A stretch of DNA of 64,000 nucleotides, from IMG/VR virus record IMGVR_UViG_3300031251_000015, positions 3,599-67,598 of that record; one strand, given 5' to 3'. Under the pieces are notes generated by a model. It saw only the letters and a list, made by a program, of their open reading frames with translations. It had not been told where the DNA came from and did no database searches. Positions 39,464-49,592 of the stretch are shown here, piece after piece; the first letter of the stretch is position 1, and every line of letters begins with the position of its first letter. A program made the translations under genes and the position numbers. The DNA is from a virus.

Positions 39464-39610
39464 ATGCGTAATGGTTCAGAGACACACGGAAAAGGTGGAG
39501 AGCAAAAAGGTCCAGTTAAGGTTCCTAGTAAGACCCAGAAAGGTCTTACTACTGCTGATGTAACCAAGAAGGGCACAGTTAAGCCCACTCCTTGTAAAGA
39601 AAACAAGTAA
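39464..39610 (+). CDS. 48-aa basic protein (not in ORF track)
   Basis: AAAGGA RBS; MRNGSETHGKGGEQKGPVKVPSKTQKGLTTADVTKKGTVKPTPCKENK*. Confidence 0.7.
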   Translation: MRNGSETHGKGGEQKGPVKVPSKTQKGLTTADVTKKGTVKPTPCKENK

Positions 39611-39647
39611 ATAATTAATAAATACACTAACTTAAAGGAATACTACA

Positions 39648-39746
39648 ATGGTTGATAAGAAGAAGGAAGTAGAGAAGAAGGACGAAAAGAAGCCCTTCCC
39701 ATTCAAGAAGAAGGACGAAAAGAAAGACGACAAGAAGAAGAAGTAA
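39648..39746 (+). CDS. 32-aa Lys-rich peptide (not in ORF track)
   Basis: AAAGGAA RBS; MVDKKKEVEKKDEKKPFPFKKKDEKKDDKKKK*; terminator follows. Confidence 0.7.
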   Translation: MVDKKKEVEKKDEKKPFPFKKKDEKKDDKKKK

Positions 39747-39765
39747 CATAGTTATAATTTCTACG

Positions 39766-39794
39766 AAAAAAGAAGGTTTCGGCCTTCTTTTTTT
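39766..39794 (+). terminator. Intrinsic terminator
   Basis: AAAAAAGAAGGT-TTCG-GCCTTCTTTTTTT. Confidence 0.85.
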
Positions 39795-39879
39795 ATGCCT
39801 TTTTGTCGATACTAAAATGACAGAAAGTTGCTATTTTCATCTGGGATGAAACGCAATTAACTTTACGGAGTTACACTAC

Positions 39880-42800
39880 ATGACAGATCTTCTAAACAAA
39901 GAAGCTTTACAGTATTTAGTAAGTAAAAACATATCACCAGAAAGCGCATCCGAGGCACAATTATCCGATGCTAAAGCTTACAGTAACTGCTATAATTGGT
40001 ATATTGAAACGCAAAAGGTTCTACCAAATACAGCAGATTTAGCATCAAGTATTTTTGTACAGAAATATGCCCTACACAATACGGTTGGTATTTGTTTAGA
40101 ACAGACTCCTGAAATGATGTGGGATAGGATTGCTAACGTACTTGCCGATGAAGAAATTGCTACTAATCTTGTTAATACAGATAGATCCTATTGGTTTAAG
40201 CAATTCAGAGAGATTTTGACTAACTGGAAGTATAGTCCTCAAGGTTCTGGTCTTTATGCTCTTGGCAATCCTTATGTTAAAGCCAGCGCAAGTAATTGTT
40301 TTGTTGTTAATTCTCCAAGTGATAGTTTAGAATCTATTTTTGATACAGCTAAGGATATGGCTCGTATTTATGCTGCCCGTGGTGGTTGTGGAACTAATAT
40401 ATCCAATCTTCGTCCATTTGGTGCTACTACTAATAATGCCGCCAAGTCTTCTACTGGTGCCGCAAGTTTTATGGACTTTTTTAGTCATGTAACTTCTACT
40501 ATTGGACAAGCTGGTAGACGTGGTGCTCTGATGCTTTGTATGGAAGTTCATCACCCTGATATTTTTAGATTTATTGAAATGAAACAAGATTTGGATAAAC
40601 AATGGTTCTTTGAAGAGCTTGCCGAATCTGGTGTAAACATTAATGATTGGAAATATTCAAGTATTGCCGACCGTCTTAAATCTACTTCTCATGCCAATGT
40701 ATCTGTTCTTATCGATAATCAGTTTATCAATGCCGTAGAAAATGATTTAGACTACGAACTTTACTACGAGTTTGAGAATAACCAGTATCCAAGGATTTCA
40801 CAATGGGTTAAGGCGCGAGATATTTGGGATAAACTAATTGAAGGTGCTACTAATTCAGCTGAGCCTGGAATCATTAACATGGAATTGATTAGGAAAGAAA
40901 GTCCAGCAGATTGTTATTCTGAACCAACTGACTATATTATTGGCGATAAGAAAGTTACTTACTCGTTTAAGACTACCGCCACTAACCCTTGTATTTCCGG
41001 CAATAGTTATGTGTTAACTGATAGTGGATATAAACAAGTTAATACTCTATTAAATACTTCATGGAAAGCTACTATTAACGGTAATAATTATGATGCATCA
41101 GCTTTCTGGGAAACTGGATATAAACAAATCTATAATGTGACGCTAGCTAATGGAACAACAATAAAAGCCACATTAGACCACAAGCTTCAGTTAATTGATG
41201 ACTCCTGGGTAACAGTAGAAGATTCATTAAATAAAATATTAAAAAATAACGTAGTAGAAACATACAATGTTTTAGACATATCTTCTGATGATTTTAAAAG
41301 TGGTTGGCTAGTTGGTTCTATTGTTGGAGATGGCTATTACACAACTACTTCCGGTTCAGCTGTAATGTATTGGGGTAAATGTGCTAATGAACTAGCGGAA
41401 TATGCTAACACTTGTTTAAATAGAACTACAACGTTAACTAAAACAGAAAATAAAATAAAAATAAGAACCAATACAATTAATGACTTACTTTCTTCTATTA
41501 TTGAAATAGACACAAAAGAAATTAAACCAGCTATATACAGTAAATCAAAGGAGTTTATCTCTGGCTTTTTAAGTGGATTATTCGATGCAGATGGTAGCGT
41601 TCAAGGAACTGCTCTAAAAGGATATAGCGTTAGGTTATCTCAATCTAAAATATCTCTTATTGAACATTGTCAACGATTACTTCATATGCTTGGTGTTTCA
41701 AGCAAGGTTTGTAAAAATAGACGGTTAGAAAATGAAAAATATTGGGCACAAGGAAATAAAATATATATAAGTAAAGCACAACATGAATTACTTATTTCAA
41801 GTTCTAATTTACTTTCCTTTAATTCGGCCATTCATTTTATAACTACTTATAAGTATAACAAACTTAATACAATTATTGAAAATACTAATTTCTATATGTC
41901 AAAACCAAAAACAAAGGTAATTAGTATTGTATTATCAGGCGTAGAACCTGTTTACGATTGCACTGTTGATACTGTTCATTGCTTTGATTTAAACGGTATT
42001 ATAGCACATAATTGTGGTGAACTTCCATTATCCCCTGGTGATAGTTGTTGCTTGGGAACTCATAATCTTCCAGCTTTCGTTATCAATCCATTTAAAGATA
42101 ACGCAAAGTTTGACTGGGCTGGATTTGAAAAAGTAGTTATGCTGTCAACTCGCGCTCAGGACAACATTAAAGGTATTGATATTGGTCTTGTCCCACTTGA
42201 AATAAACAAAGTATCAGCTATCCTTGGTAGACGTATTGGTATGGGGTGTAATGGCCTCTCTGACTGTCTTGCTATGCTGGGAATACGATACGACTCTGAC
42301 AAGGCTATTGAGGTTTCTGGACGTATCTATGAGCTACTACGCAATACAGTATATGCTTCATCGATTCAGTTGGCAGAAGAAAAAGGTGCCTTCCCAATTT
42401 ATAACGCTGAAAAGGAAAAAAATAACCCATTCCTGTTAAGACTACCAAAAGAACTACAAAATAAGCCACGCAGAAACATAGCTTGTTTGACAAATGCTCC
42501 TAATGGCTCTATGTCTATTGAAATGAACGGTTCTTCGTCAGGTATTGAGCCTGTATTTGAAACTGACGAGTATATGCGTAATGTAAAGCGTTCTGGAACC
42601 AATGATTTCGTTCAATTTAAGGTTCGTCATCAGGCTATTGAAGATTGTGTAAATGCTGGTGGAAATCCTAATATATTTGTTAAGGCAAATGATGTTAGTG
42701 GAGAAATGCGTATTAAACTTCAGGCCACTATTCAAAAATATATTGACCATGCTATTTCGGTAACTACAAATCTTCCACAAGGAACTACCCAAGAAGTAGT

Positions 42801-43470
42801 GGGTAGTCTATATCTAAAAGCGTTTAAAGCTGGTTGTAAGGGCTTTACCGTATACGTTGATGGTTGTAGAACTGGTGTATTAAATACTATAAAGACTGAA
42901 CCAAAAGTACACAAGGTAACAGATAGACCTAAAACAACTGATGTAGATGTGTTTAAGACCAAATATAAAGATCGTTCATATATGATTTTAGTTGGAAAAA
43001 TTAAAGGTGTACCATGTGAAATCTTTGGAGGAGAAGAGACTGGATTAAGTCTTCCCACCAAATATAAATCTGCTACTTTAACCAAGAAATCAAGAGGGCA
43101 CTACACTCTTAATATTCAATTATCAGAAGACCCAGAAGATATTTTAAAGGTTAATAATTTAGGAAATCTTTTTCCGGCAGGGGATGTAATAACTATCGCC
43201 AGAATGATTAGTTTATCTTTACGAAATGGTATCCCAATTTCCGAAATAGTAGAACAATTAGCTAAAAGTGGCTCTACACTATATGATGCCCCGACAGTAT
43301 TTGCTAGAGTTCTTAAAAATTATATTCCAGATGAAGAGATTATTTCAAAAGAAAAGGCTAAAAATAAACCATGTCCAGAATGTGGTAGTGAGCTAAATTA
43401 TAAGCGTGAAAGTGGTTGTTTAACTGAAATATGTAGTTCATGTAGTTATACTAATTCTAAATGTGGATAA
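39880..43470 (+). CDS. nrdJ: Class II (B12-dependent) ribonucleotide reductase with intein
   Basis: SNCFV, GGCGTNISNLRP, GRRGALM, TNP[intein]CGE, RRIGMG, APNGSMS, SSGIEP, IDHAISVTTNLP, CKGFTVY.DG; C-terminal zinc ribbon. Confidence 0.92.
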   Translation: MTDLLNKEALQYLVSKNISPESASEAQLSDAKAYSNCYNWYIETQKVLPNTADLASSIFVQKYALHNTVGICLEQTPEMMWDRIANVLADEEIATNLVNTDRSYWFKQFREILTNWKYSPQGSGLYALGNPYVKASASNCFVVNSPSDSLESIFDTAKDMARIYAARGGCGTNISNLRPFGATTNNAAKSSTGAASFMDFFSHVTSTIGQAGRRGALMLCMEVHHPDIFRFIEMKQDLDKQWFFEELAESGVNINDWKYSSIADRLKSTSHANVSVLIDNQFINAVENDLDYELYYEFENNQYPRISQWVKARDIWDKLIEGATNSAEPGIINMELIRKESPADCYSEPTDYIIGDKKVTYSFKTTATNPCISGNSYVLTDSGYKQVNTLLNTSWKATINGNNYDASAFWETGYKQIYNVTLANGTTIKATLDHKLQLIDDSWVTVEDSLNKILKNNVVETYNVLDISSDDFKSGWLVGSIVGDGYYTTTSGSAVMYWGKCANELAEYANTCLNRTTTLTKTENKIKIRTNTINDLLSSIIEIDTKEIKPAIYSKSKEFISGFLSGLFDADGSVQGTALKGYSVRLSQSKISLIEHCQRLLHMLGVSSKVCKNRRLENEKYWAQGNKIYISKAQHELLISSSNLLSFNSAIHFITTYKYNKLNTIIENTNFYMSKPKTKVISIVLSGVEPVYDCTVDTVHCFDLNGIIAHNCGELPLSPGDSCCLGTHNLPAFVINPFKDNAKFDWAGFEKVVMLSTRAQDNIKGIDIGLVPLEINKVSAILGRRIGMGCNGLSDCLAMLGIRYDSDKAIEVSGRIYELLRNTVYASSIQLAEEKGAFPIYNAEKEKNNPFLLRLPKELQNKPRRNIACLTNAPNGSMSIEMNGSSSGIEPVFETDEYMRNVKRSGTNDFVQFKVRHQAIEDCVNAGGNPNIFVKANDVSGEMRIKLQATIQKYIDHAISVTTNLPQGTTQEVVGSLYLKAFKAGCKGFTVYVDGCRTGVLNTIKTEPKVHKVTDRPKTTDVDVFKTKYKDRSYMILVGKIKGVPCEIFGGEETGLSLPTKYKSATLTKKSRGHYTLNIQLSEDPEDILKVNNLGNLFPAGDVITIARMISLSLRNGIPISEIVEQLAKSGSTLYDAPTVFARVLKNYIPDEEIISKEKAKNKPCPECGSELNYKRESGCLTEICSSCSYTNSKCG
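40990..42012 (+). mobile_element. LAGLIDADG intein (341 aa) in the RNR active-site NP|CGE motif
   Basis: Starts CISGNSYVLT, has KATLDH, LVGSIVGDG and FLSGLFDADGS, ends VYDCTV...NGIIAHN before C+1. Confidence 0.93.
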
Positions 43471-43471
43471 T

Positions 43472-43540
43472 ATGGCTGTTTGTATAGATTTAGCAGGTAA
43501 AAGATTTAATAGATTATTAGTAATCGACAGCAATCATTAA
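43472..43540 (+). pseudogene. N-terminal remnant of an HNH/AP2-type endonuclease
   Basis: MAVCIDLAGKRFNRLLVIDSNH*; D(L)xGxRFxRL is the usual start of this family (compare 2089..2670). Confidence 0.6.
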
Positions 43541-43570
43541 TAAAAATAACAATATAGGAGACATAATAAA

Positions 43571-43768
43571 ATGTCTGAAATTAAAGTAGGAGATATAGTA
43601 AAATTAAAATCAGGTGGACCAAATATGACTGTAACAAGTAATGTTGGTGGTCTTTATCAATGCCAGCATTTTATATTTGATACTATATCTAATAATTGGT
43701 GTATAGGTCAGCCAATTGAAGTAGCAGGAGAAGCATTAGTTATGCTAGAATGTCCTTGTAATGCTTAA
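43571..43768 (+). CDS. DUF2158/YodC-like small protein
   Basis: IKVGDIVKLKSGGPNMTV. Confidence 0.8.
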   Translation: MSEIKVGDIVKLKSGGPNMTVTSNVGGLYQCQHFIFDTISNNWCIGQPIEVAGEALVMLECPCNA

Positions 43769-44056
43769 TTAATCTTCTTCTTCATTAGCAGAACCCGACT
43801 CTTCTTTGTCGGGTTCTTTTTGTTTGTCAGAGCCTTGTATTAGGTCTTCAAAATGATGTATTACTACTTCACAACCAGCATAAGCATCATCAAGTGGTTC
43901 CATCTTTTCCATGTCGCTAATGCCAGTCTTTAATAACTCTATTTTCTCTTTTAGTTTCATAGCTTCTAACATTAAATCATTACATTTATCTTTAAACGAT
44001 GATTTAATATCAGTTGCCTTAATAAAATCCTGAGTTACTAAAGAATTGCGTTTCAT
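43769..44056 (-). CDS. Hypothetical protein
   Basis: ORF in operon. Confidence 0.5.
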   Translation of the reverse strand: MKRNSLVTQDFIKATDIKSSFKDKCNDLMLEAMKLKEKIELLKTGISDMEKMEPLDDAYAGCEVVIHHFEDLIQGSDKQKEPDKEESGSANEEED

Positions 44057-44057
44057 A

Positions 44058-44567
44058 TTAAATCCTATTATCTATATCGTGTACAGAATGATTGGTTTTT
44101 TCAAGCGGAATATTTTTATTCTTAAAATGTGTTAGATATTTTTCAGTTTCTGGTGGTATATTTTCTAACCCATTATTTATTAAGTTGTGTCTACCCCAGT
44201 TATACGCAGCAAGAGTTTCTCCCCAATTACCAAAATGCTTGTATAAATCACCAAGATTTTTGGCTGCTTCCTTGGCAGCTTCCATTGGATTAAATGGATT
44301 ACCAGCAAACTTAACACGAAGTTGAAATAAGCCTTTGGCACCCTTTGAGGATCTTGCTTTTGGATCTCCTTTTGACTCTATTTCTATAACATATTTTAAA
44401 AGACCAGGATACAGACCATTGATATCTTCTAACTTATCTAAATGTAGTGCTTTATACCAATAGTCAGGAGATTGAACCTCCATATGTATCATAGCAGGAG
44501 GATAAACTGGTGGAGCAGCTTGATGTTCATCTACTCTAATAAACTGATTGGTATTTAGTTTTTTCAT
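44058..44567 (-). CDS. Lytic transglycosylase (SLT domain)
   Basis: IES.GDPKARSSKGAKGLFQL, LAAYNWG, ETEKY. Confidence 0.88.
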   Translation of the reverse strand: MKKLNTNQFIRVDEHQAAPPVYPPAMIHMEVQSPDYWYKALHLDKLEDINGLYPGLLKYVIEIESKGDPKARSSKGAKGLFQLRVKFAGNPFNPMEAAKEAAKNLGDLYKHFGNWGETLAAYNWGRHNLINNGLENIPPETEKYLTHFKNKNIPLEKTNHSVHDIDNRI

Positions 44568-45092
44568 TTATTTCTTTGATTGTCTAATAAATTCGTTTTG
44601 TTCTAATACCTTTGTTAATTTATAAGATCTACCACCGTCGTCCTCAGCTTTCCATATTCCAGGTTCTATATCAAATTTTGCCATACGTTTAGTTAAATAT
44701 TCATCTGGAACGGCTTTACCTGCGTCAATTCGTTCTTGTGTTTTATTTTGACGTATTACAGTTTCTATATCTCTTGGTAGTACTTTTAGTTCTACTTCAT
44801 AACCATATTCAATAGCTCTATTTATGTATTTACTCCTATCTCCCTTTTTAGCATTTTGATTGTCTACAAAAATAAGAGGAACATCAGCTAAAAGAGCTTC
44901 CGTAAATCTGGCAAAACACTCAGAATGAGCATGCCAAACATGAGTAGCGTCATACACATGTTTACCATCTGTTTCAAAAAAGTTATCCATAGAACATACA
45001 ACATATGGAGAAGTAGCTGTTTTAGTATATTCTTTTATAAAATAACTTTTTCCAGAACCAGGAGGTCCAACTAAAATAATAACTTTACCCAT
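44568..45092 (-). CDS. P-loop kinase (AAA_33 / polynucleotide-kinase-like)
   Basis: VGPPGSGKS, CSMDNFF, AH..C, IFVDNQN. Confidence 0.75.
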   Translation of the reverse strand: MGKVIILVGPPGSGKSYFIKEYTKTATSPYVVCSMDNFFETDGKHVYDATHVWHAHSECFARFTEALLADVPLIFVDNQNAKKGDRSKYINRAIEYGYEVELKVLPRDIETVIRQNKTQERIDAGKAVPDEYLTKRMAKFDIEPGIWKAEDDGGRSYKLTKVLEQNEFIRQSKK

Positions 45093-45105
45093 TTAGTATT
45101 CCTCT

Positions 45106-45780
45106 TTACTGTAATTTACTTTTTAAGAAATCCATTAATTCTTTGTTATTTGTTGGATTTTTAGTTAACTGTTGTATTAGTTCAGCAATAACTTCTTGTT
45201 GTGATAAGCTAACTGAAGGTGTTCCAGTATCAGCAGGGCCACCAGGACCCGGTTCTTTATCACCCATAACAGCTTCTGGATTATCTAAATCATTAAATAA
45301 GTTATCACCATCTGGATCGCTAACATCTGGATTAGTTTCAAGATTTGGAGAGTATCGTTCAGTTTCATCACCAAGAGTTTCAGGGTCATCAAAATCGTAT
45401 TCAACTGCTATATCCGCATCAGGGTCATACGAAAGAGGAACTTCTTCGTCATCAGTAATAAGATTAGGTTCTCCTGATAATCTGGCAAAAGAACCGCCAG
45501 TATATTCATATGGTTCTTGTTCGCCTTTTGTATTTTCGGCTTCTTCATCAGCTAACATCTTTTCACGTTGAGCTTCTATAGCAGCTTGTGTCATATTATG
45601 AATTGATTTAGCTGGTTCACCTTCCCTAAATGACCCAGTATCAGGATCTTCTGTACTGGAAGCAGCAGTATAGTCAGCCACGTTACCAAAATGACCTGCT
45701 TCGTATAAGGCACCAAACGGATCAGTAGTATCTTTATATGATACTTCGTTTGCCTGTTCAAAAAGATGACGCTTGTCCAT
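45106..45780 (-). CDS. Acidic, probably disordered protein (head-internal candidate)
   Basis: HLFE|Q and ALYE|A sites; D/E-rich; late box upstream. Confidence 0.5.
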   Translation of the reverse strand: MDKRHLFEQANEVSYKDTTDPFGALYEAGHFGNVADYTAASSTEDPDTGSFREGEPAKSIHNMTQAAIEAQREKMLADEEAENTKGEQEPYEYTGGSFARLSGEPNLITDDEEVPLSYDPDADIAVEYDFDDPETLGDETERYSPNLETNPDVSDPDGDNLFNDLDNPEAVMGDKEPGPGGPADTGTPSVSLSQQEVIAELIQQLTKNPTNNKELMDFLKSKLQ

Positions 45781-45886
45781 TTAAAATATCCTCGTTAAAG
45801 TTAATTATTGTAAACCATAAAGGCTCATAATTTAATTGCTCAACCATATAGCAGTAATGCCGATACTTAATAATGGAAAGGGTTTT

Positions 45887-46927
45887 ATGACCAAAATAGT
45901 ATTGTCATCGGACTATCATCTAAAATTTGGAGCACAATTTGATCATACCCTTGAAAACGGGCTACCTTCTCGCTTAAACGAAATAATTGAAAGTGTAGAT
46001 TGGGTAATAAACACTGGGAAAAAGCACAAAGCCACTGTTTTTATTGGTGGTGGTGATATTTTTGATAACAGTGAGCGTCTAAATACGAAAGAGGGTTTAG
46101 CAATATCTGAAATGTTTAAACGAGTTAAATCTAATTATAAAAACAATTATTTTATAGTTGGAAATCACGATATTATATCAAGTAACCACAACATTCTAGA
46201 TTTGTTTAATCCTCTCATTAATGTATTTTCTAAACCTACATATTTAGATGTTAATGGAGCAAGACTTTATTTTCTTCCATATTTACGTGAAAGTCTTGAT
46301 GTATACGCTGCTATCAAAGAGTTCCAAGATAAATATGATTGTCCTGGTAAGAAATATCTCATAGGGCACTTCTGGGATGCTCAAACTATTAGTGTTGATC
46401 CAGAGGCAATTGACTTATCAAAAGTAAATACAAACTTTTTTGACCGTATATTTTTAGGACATTATCATGTTCCTACTAGTGATTTAAATAGTAAAGTTGT
46501 ATATATTGGAACACTTCTAAATAAACGATTTAACGAAAATGGTGGAAAAGGTTGTTGGATACTTGATACTGATACAAATAAAATAGAGTTTGTTGCTAAT
46601 CCGCATTCCCCAGAGTTTATTCAGACTATTGACACAAGTGTATTAGCTAATTTAGAAACACTTAATAAGAATGCTTATTATAGAGTATTTACTAACCCAG
46701 AAAATGTGTTAGAGATTACTAAACTATTAAGTGTTACCAAGGGATTTGAGCTATTAACTAAACAGGAAACGGATAGTCAACAGCACATCAGTATTCTTAA
46801 CATTGAAAAGAAAAACAGTAGTTCATTAAAAGACTATATTCTCAACAATTGTGATTTGTTCCTACCAGAAGGAATTACAAAGGATGAGTTTAAAGAAGCT
46901 GGAACAACTTTCATGAGTAACCTATAA
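45887..46927 (+). CDS. Mre11/SbcD-like nuclease (gp47-like)
   Basis: SDYH, GGDIFD, VGNHD, FLPY, LGHYH. Start placed at ATG 45887. Confidence 0.9.
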   Translation: MTKIVLSSDYHLKFGAQFDHTLENGLPSRLNEIIESVDWVINTGKKHKATVFIGGGDIFDNSERLNTKEGLAISEMFKRVKSNYKNNYFIVGNHDIISSNHNILDLFNPLINVFSKPTYLDVNGARLYFLPYLRESLDVYAAIKEFQDKYDCPGKKYLIGHFWDAQTISVDPEAIDLSKVNTNFFDRIFLGHYHVPTSDLNSKVVYIGTLLNKRFNENGGKGCWILDTDTNKIEFVANPHSPEFIQTIDTSVLANLETLNKNAYYRVFTNPENVLEITKLLSVTKGFELLTKQETDSQQHISILNIEKKNSSSLKDYILNNCDLFLPEGITKDEFKEAGTTFMSNL

Positions 46928-46928
46928 T

Positions 46929-48728
46929 ATGGGATATAAACTAAAATCTATTACAGTTGAGAACTTTGTAGTGTTCAAAGATAGGACTACTGTTGATTTC
47001 TCTTACAATCAACTTAACTTGATTGAGGGTATTTATCATAATAACCCCAGTCAAAGTAATGGCGCTGGCAAAAGTTTCATTATTGATGCCGTTTGTTTGG
47101 CGTTATTTGGCAAAGGAGTAAGAGCAAATTACCTATCAGACTATCTTCCGTTCTCTAATCCAACTGGTGGCATATACATCGGCCTTGAATTGATTGATGA
47201 AAATAACACGAATGTAAAAATTGAACGTTGGAAGCGTCCTAACAGTGATACCAATAAAGCAAAACTATGGAAAAATGGGGTATGTATTTCACAAGACTCC
47301 ACTATAACTAAAATTGACGAGGCAATACAGTCTATTATAGGTATTAATCACACTAACTTCTTATCCTGTATTTTCTCTGTCATGCTTCCTGGGTTTCTTC
47401 GTTTACGACCGGCCCAGCGATTTGAGATTTTAGAACACGCTCTGGCTGTCAAACGAATAGAGTCCGTAATTAAAAAAATCAACGCGTCTATTAAGTCAAA
47501 TGAGGACGCTATATCTGCTATTCATTCAGTTATCACAGAGAAAAATAACAAATATATTTCTGAAAAAACTAAAAAAGAAATATACTGTTCTAATATAGAC
47601 TCCATTAAAGAAAATATAACAGAACATGAAGCTGAACTTGTAGACTATCAGGGTCAAGAGAAATCTATTTCAGATAAAATAAAAGAAACGCAGCAATTTT
47701 TGAAAGAATGTAATATACAGCTTGCTCCATTAGATATTGAATATAATGAACTTGTAGCTGAACGACGAGCAAAAGAAGTAAATAAAGATAATTTAAAGTT
47801 AAAAAAGACGGCAGTATTAAAGTCTTTTAAGAAGAATGGTCAAGGCAGTTTGGAATGCTCTGTTTGTAAATCTTCTTTAACCGAACATTCAAAAGAATCC
47901 GTAAAAGAACATTATGATGCTGAAATAGTAAAAATAGAAAATGAAATACTCGCATTATCCGCAATTATCATAGAAAAAAATAATAAAGTAAATAAAGTAA
48001 CTAAAATTAAAGAGCAAACAGAAAAAGCTTATAATAAATTAGTAGCCTCGTTGTCTTTTGTTCAGACAAATATGATGGCATTAGAGAAAGCTTTGATAAA
48101 TAATCGAGCAAGTTTAGAGACAGCTTCCTCCTCCTTTAACGAAGCTTTATTAAACTCTTTAAATAAAGAACTTAAAGAATTACGAGATAGCCTTAAAAAT
48201 ACTGAAAAACAGCTAACAATAAATATAGCTTGGAAACAAGTAATGTCAAAAAATGGGCTACGTTTAAGTTATATTAAAGAAGAAGTTTCTACTTTAAATG
48301 CTCTTGCCAGTCGTTATGCTACTGCTATTTGTGAAACTCCAACCCAAGTAAGATTTTTTATAAATGATGAAAAAGATAATCCATCGCTAGACTTCACAGT
48401 AAATGGGCAAAACTCTGGTATGGCATCTACAGGTGAGCGTGGGAGACTTGAAATAGCAATGACTTTATCCCTACTATCACTACTTAAAACAGCAGGATTA
48501 TCTTTGGACTTTCTTATTCTTGATGAGGCTCTGGATGGTCTTTCACAAGCAAGCAAACAAGCTGTATTAAATGTGATAGACTCTCTTTCGTTGGATTATC
48601 AGGTTCTCATGATATCACATGACGATTTAATAAAAAACAGACCAGGGTATGTAATCCAAGTCATGAAAGATGCCTCAACCGAAAGATCCACTATATCGAC
48701 GTATACTCGGAAATCTCAACCAGAGTAG
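46929..48728 (+). CDS. Rad50/SbcC-like ATPase (gp46-like)
   Basis: SNGAGKS, CSVC hook, STGE signature, ILDEALDGL, ISH. Confidence 0.92.
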   Translation: MGYKLKSITVENFVVFKDRTTVDFSYNQLNLIEGIYHNNPSQSNGAGKSFIIDAVCLALFGKGVRANYLSDYLPFSNPTGGIYIGLELIDENNTNVKIERWKRPNSDTNKAKLWKNGVCISQDSTITKIDEAIQSIIGINHTNFLSCIFSVMLPGFLRLRPAQRFEILEHALAVKRIESVIKKINASIKSNEDAISAIHSVITEKNNKYISEKTKKEIYCSNIDSIKENITEHEAELVDYQGQEKSISDKIKETQQFLKECNIQLAPLDIEYNELVAERRAKEVNKDNLKLKKTAVLKSFKKNGQGSLECSVCKSSLTEHSKESVKEHYDAEIVKIENEILALSAIIIEKNNKVNKVTKIKEQTEKAYNKLVASLSFVQTNMMALEKALINNRASLETASSSFNEALLNSLNKELKELRDSLKNTEKQLTINIAWKQVMSKNGLRLSYIKEEVSTLNALASRYATAICETPTQVRFFINDEKDNPSLDFTVNGQNSGMASTGERGRLEIAMTLSLLSLLKTAGLSLDFLILDEALDGLSQASKQAVLNVIDSLSLDYQVLMISHDDLIKNRPGYVIQVMKDASTERSTISTYTRKSQPE

Positions 48729-49113
48729 TTTCAGTGGTTCCTACCTCTTTCCTTAAATGTAGATCCCAAATCTGACGATCATCAAGTTCAAAGTTAAGTT
48801 CTTTAAATGCTGTAAATATGGAATCGATTAAAGCTTTCTCAACTGAACTTATATCTTTTTGCCGTATGGTCTTTCCATCTTTTAGAAGCCATGAAACTGA
48901 TGTAACTTTGATAAATACTGTTAATCGTTTGCCAGTAAGCGCCGATAATTCTTTTAGAAGCTTTGGTTCTTTTACTATTTCTTTAACTTCATCCTCTATT
49001 AATTTCTTAAACTTTTTACCTTCCGTAGATATAAATCGTCTTTTTTGGCCAGGAATATTAACATACAATTTATTAACACTAATTGGAAACACATTAAACA
49101 ATAGTCGTATCAT
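48691..49113 (-). CDS. RusA-like Holliday junction resolvase
   Basis: PISVNKLY, ISTEGKKFK, KDISS.EKALIDS, DDRQI. Confidence 0.8.
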   Translation of the reverse strand: MIRLLFNVFPISVNKLYVNIPGQKRRFISTEGKKFKKLIEDEVKEIVKEPKLLKELSALTGKRLTVFIKVTSVSWLLKDGKTIRQKDISSVEKALIDSIFTAFKELNFELDDRQIWDLHLRKEVGTTETTLVEISEYTSI

Positions 49114-49133
49114 ATACTTAATTAAGGAATAAC

Positions 49134-49592
49134 ATGACCTTACCGTTGTATTTTAAGAGATTAGTAGAAACAGCTATTCTACCAAGAAAGAACTTCCCAA
49201 CAGATGCTGCGCTTGATCTCTACTACCCGGCATTTGCTGAAAATATAACAATAGAACCAGGAAATCAAGTAGTGGTAGAAACTGGGGTAGCTTGTATTGT
49301 TCCGGAAGGTTACTGGTTAAAGTTTCATGAGCGTAGTGGGTTGGCGGCTAAAAAGGGAATTAAAGTATCAGCCGGTGTAATTGATAGTAATTATACCGGA
49401 CAACTTAAAGTTATTCTTTTAAATACATCGCATATTCCACAAACTATAACAGCAGGATCAGCTGTTTGTCAGTTTACAATAGAGTTAGTAATTAATGCTG
49501 ATATTCATTGGGTTGACGCTGATGTATTTGACAGGTTAGCAGAAGCCAAGGATAGGAAAGAGAAGGGCTTTGGATCCAGCGATAAAGCATAA
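49134..49592 (+). CDS. dut: Trimeric dUTPase
   Basis: DAALDL, ERSGLA, AGVIDSNYTG, CQ, RKEKGFGSS. Confidence 0.95.
   Translation: MTLPLYFKRLVETAILPRKNFPTDAALDLYYPAFAENITIEPGNQVVVETGVACIVPEGYWLKFHERSGLAAKKGIKVSAGVIDSNYTGQLKVILLNTSHIPQTITAGSAVCQFTIELVINADIHWVDADVFDRLAEAKDRKEKGFGSSDKA

Noticed and set aside
39427-39627. 66-aa minus-strand ORF
   Set aside because: Antisense to the better-supported plus-strand 48-aa gene.
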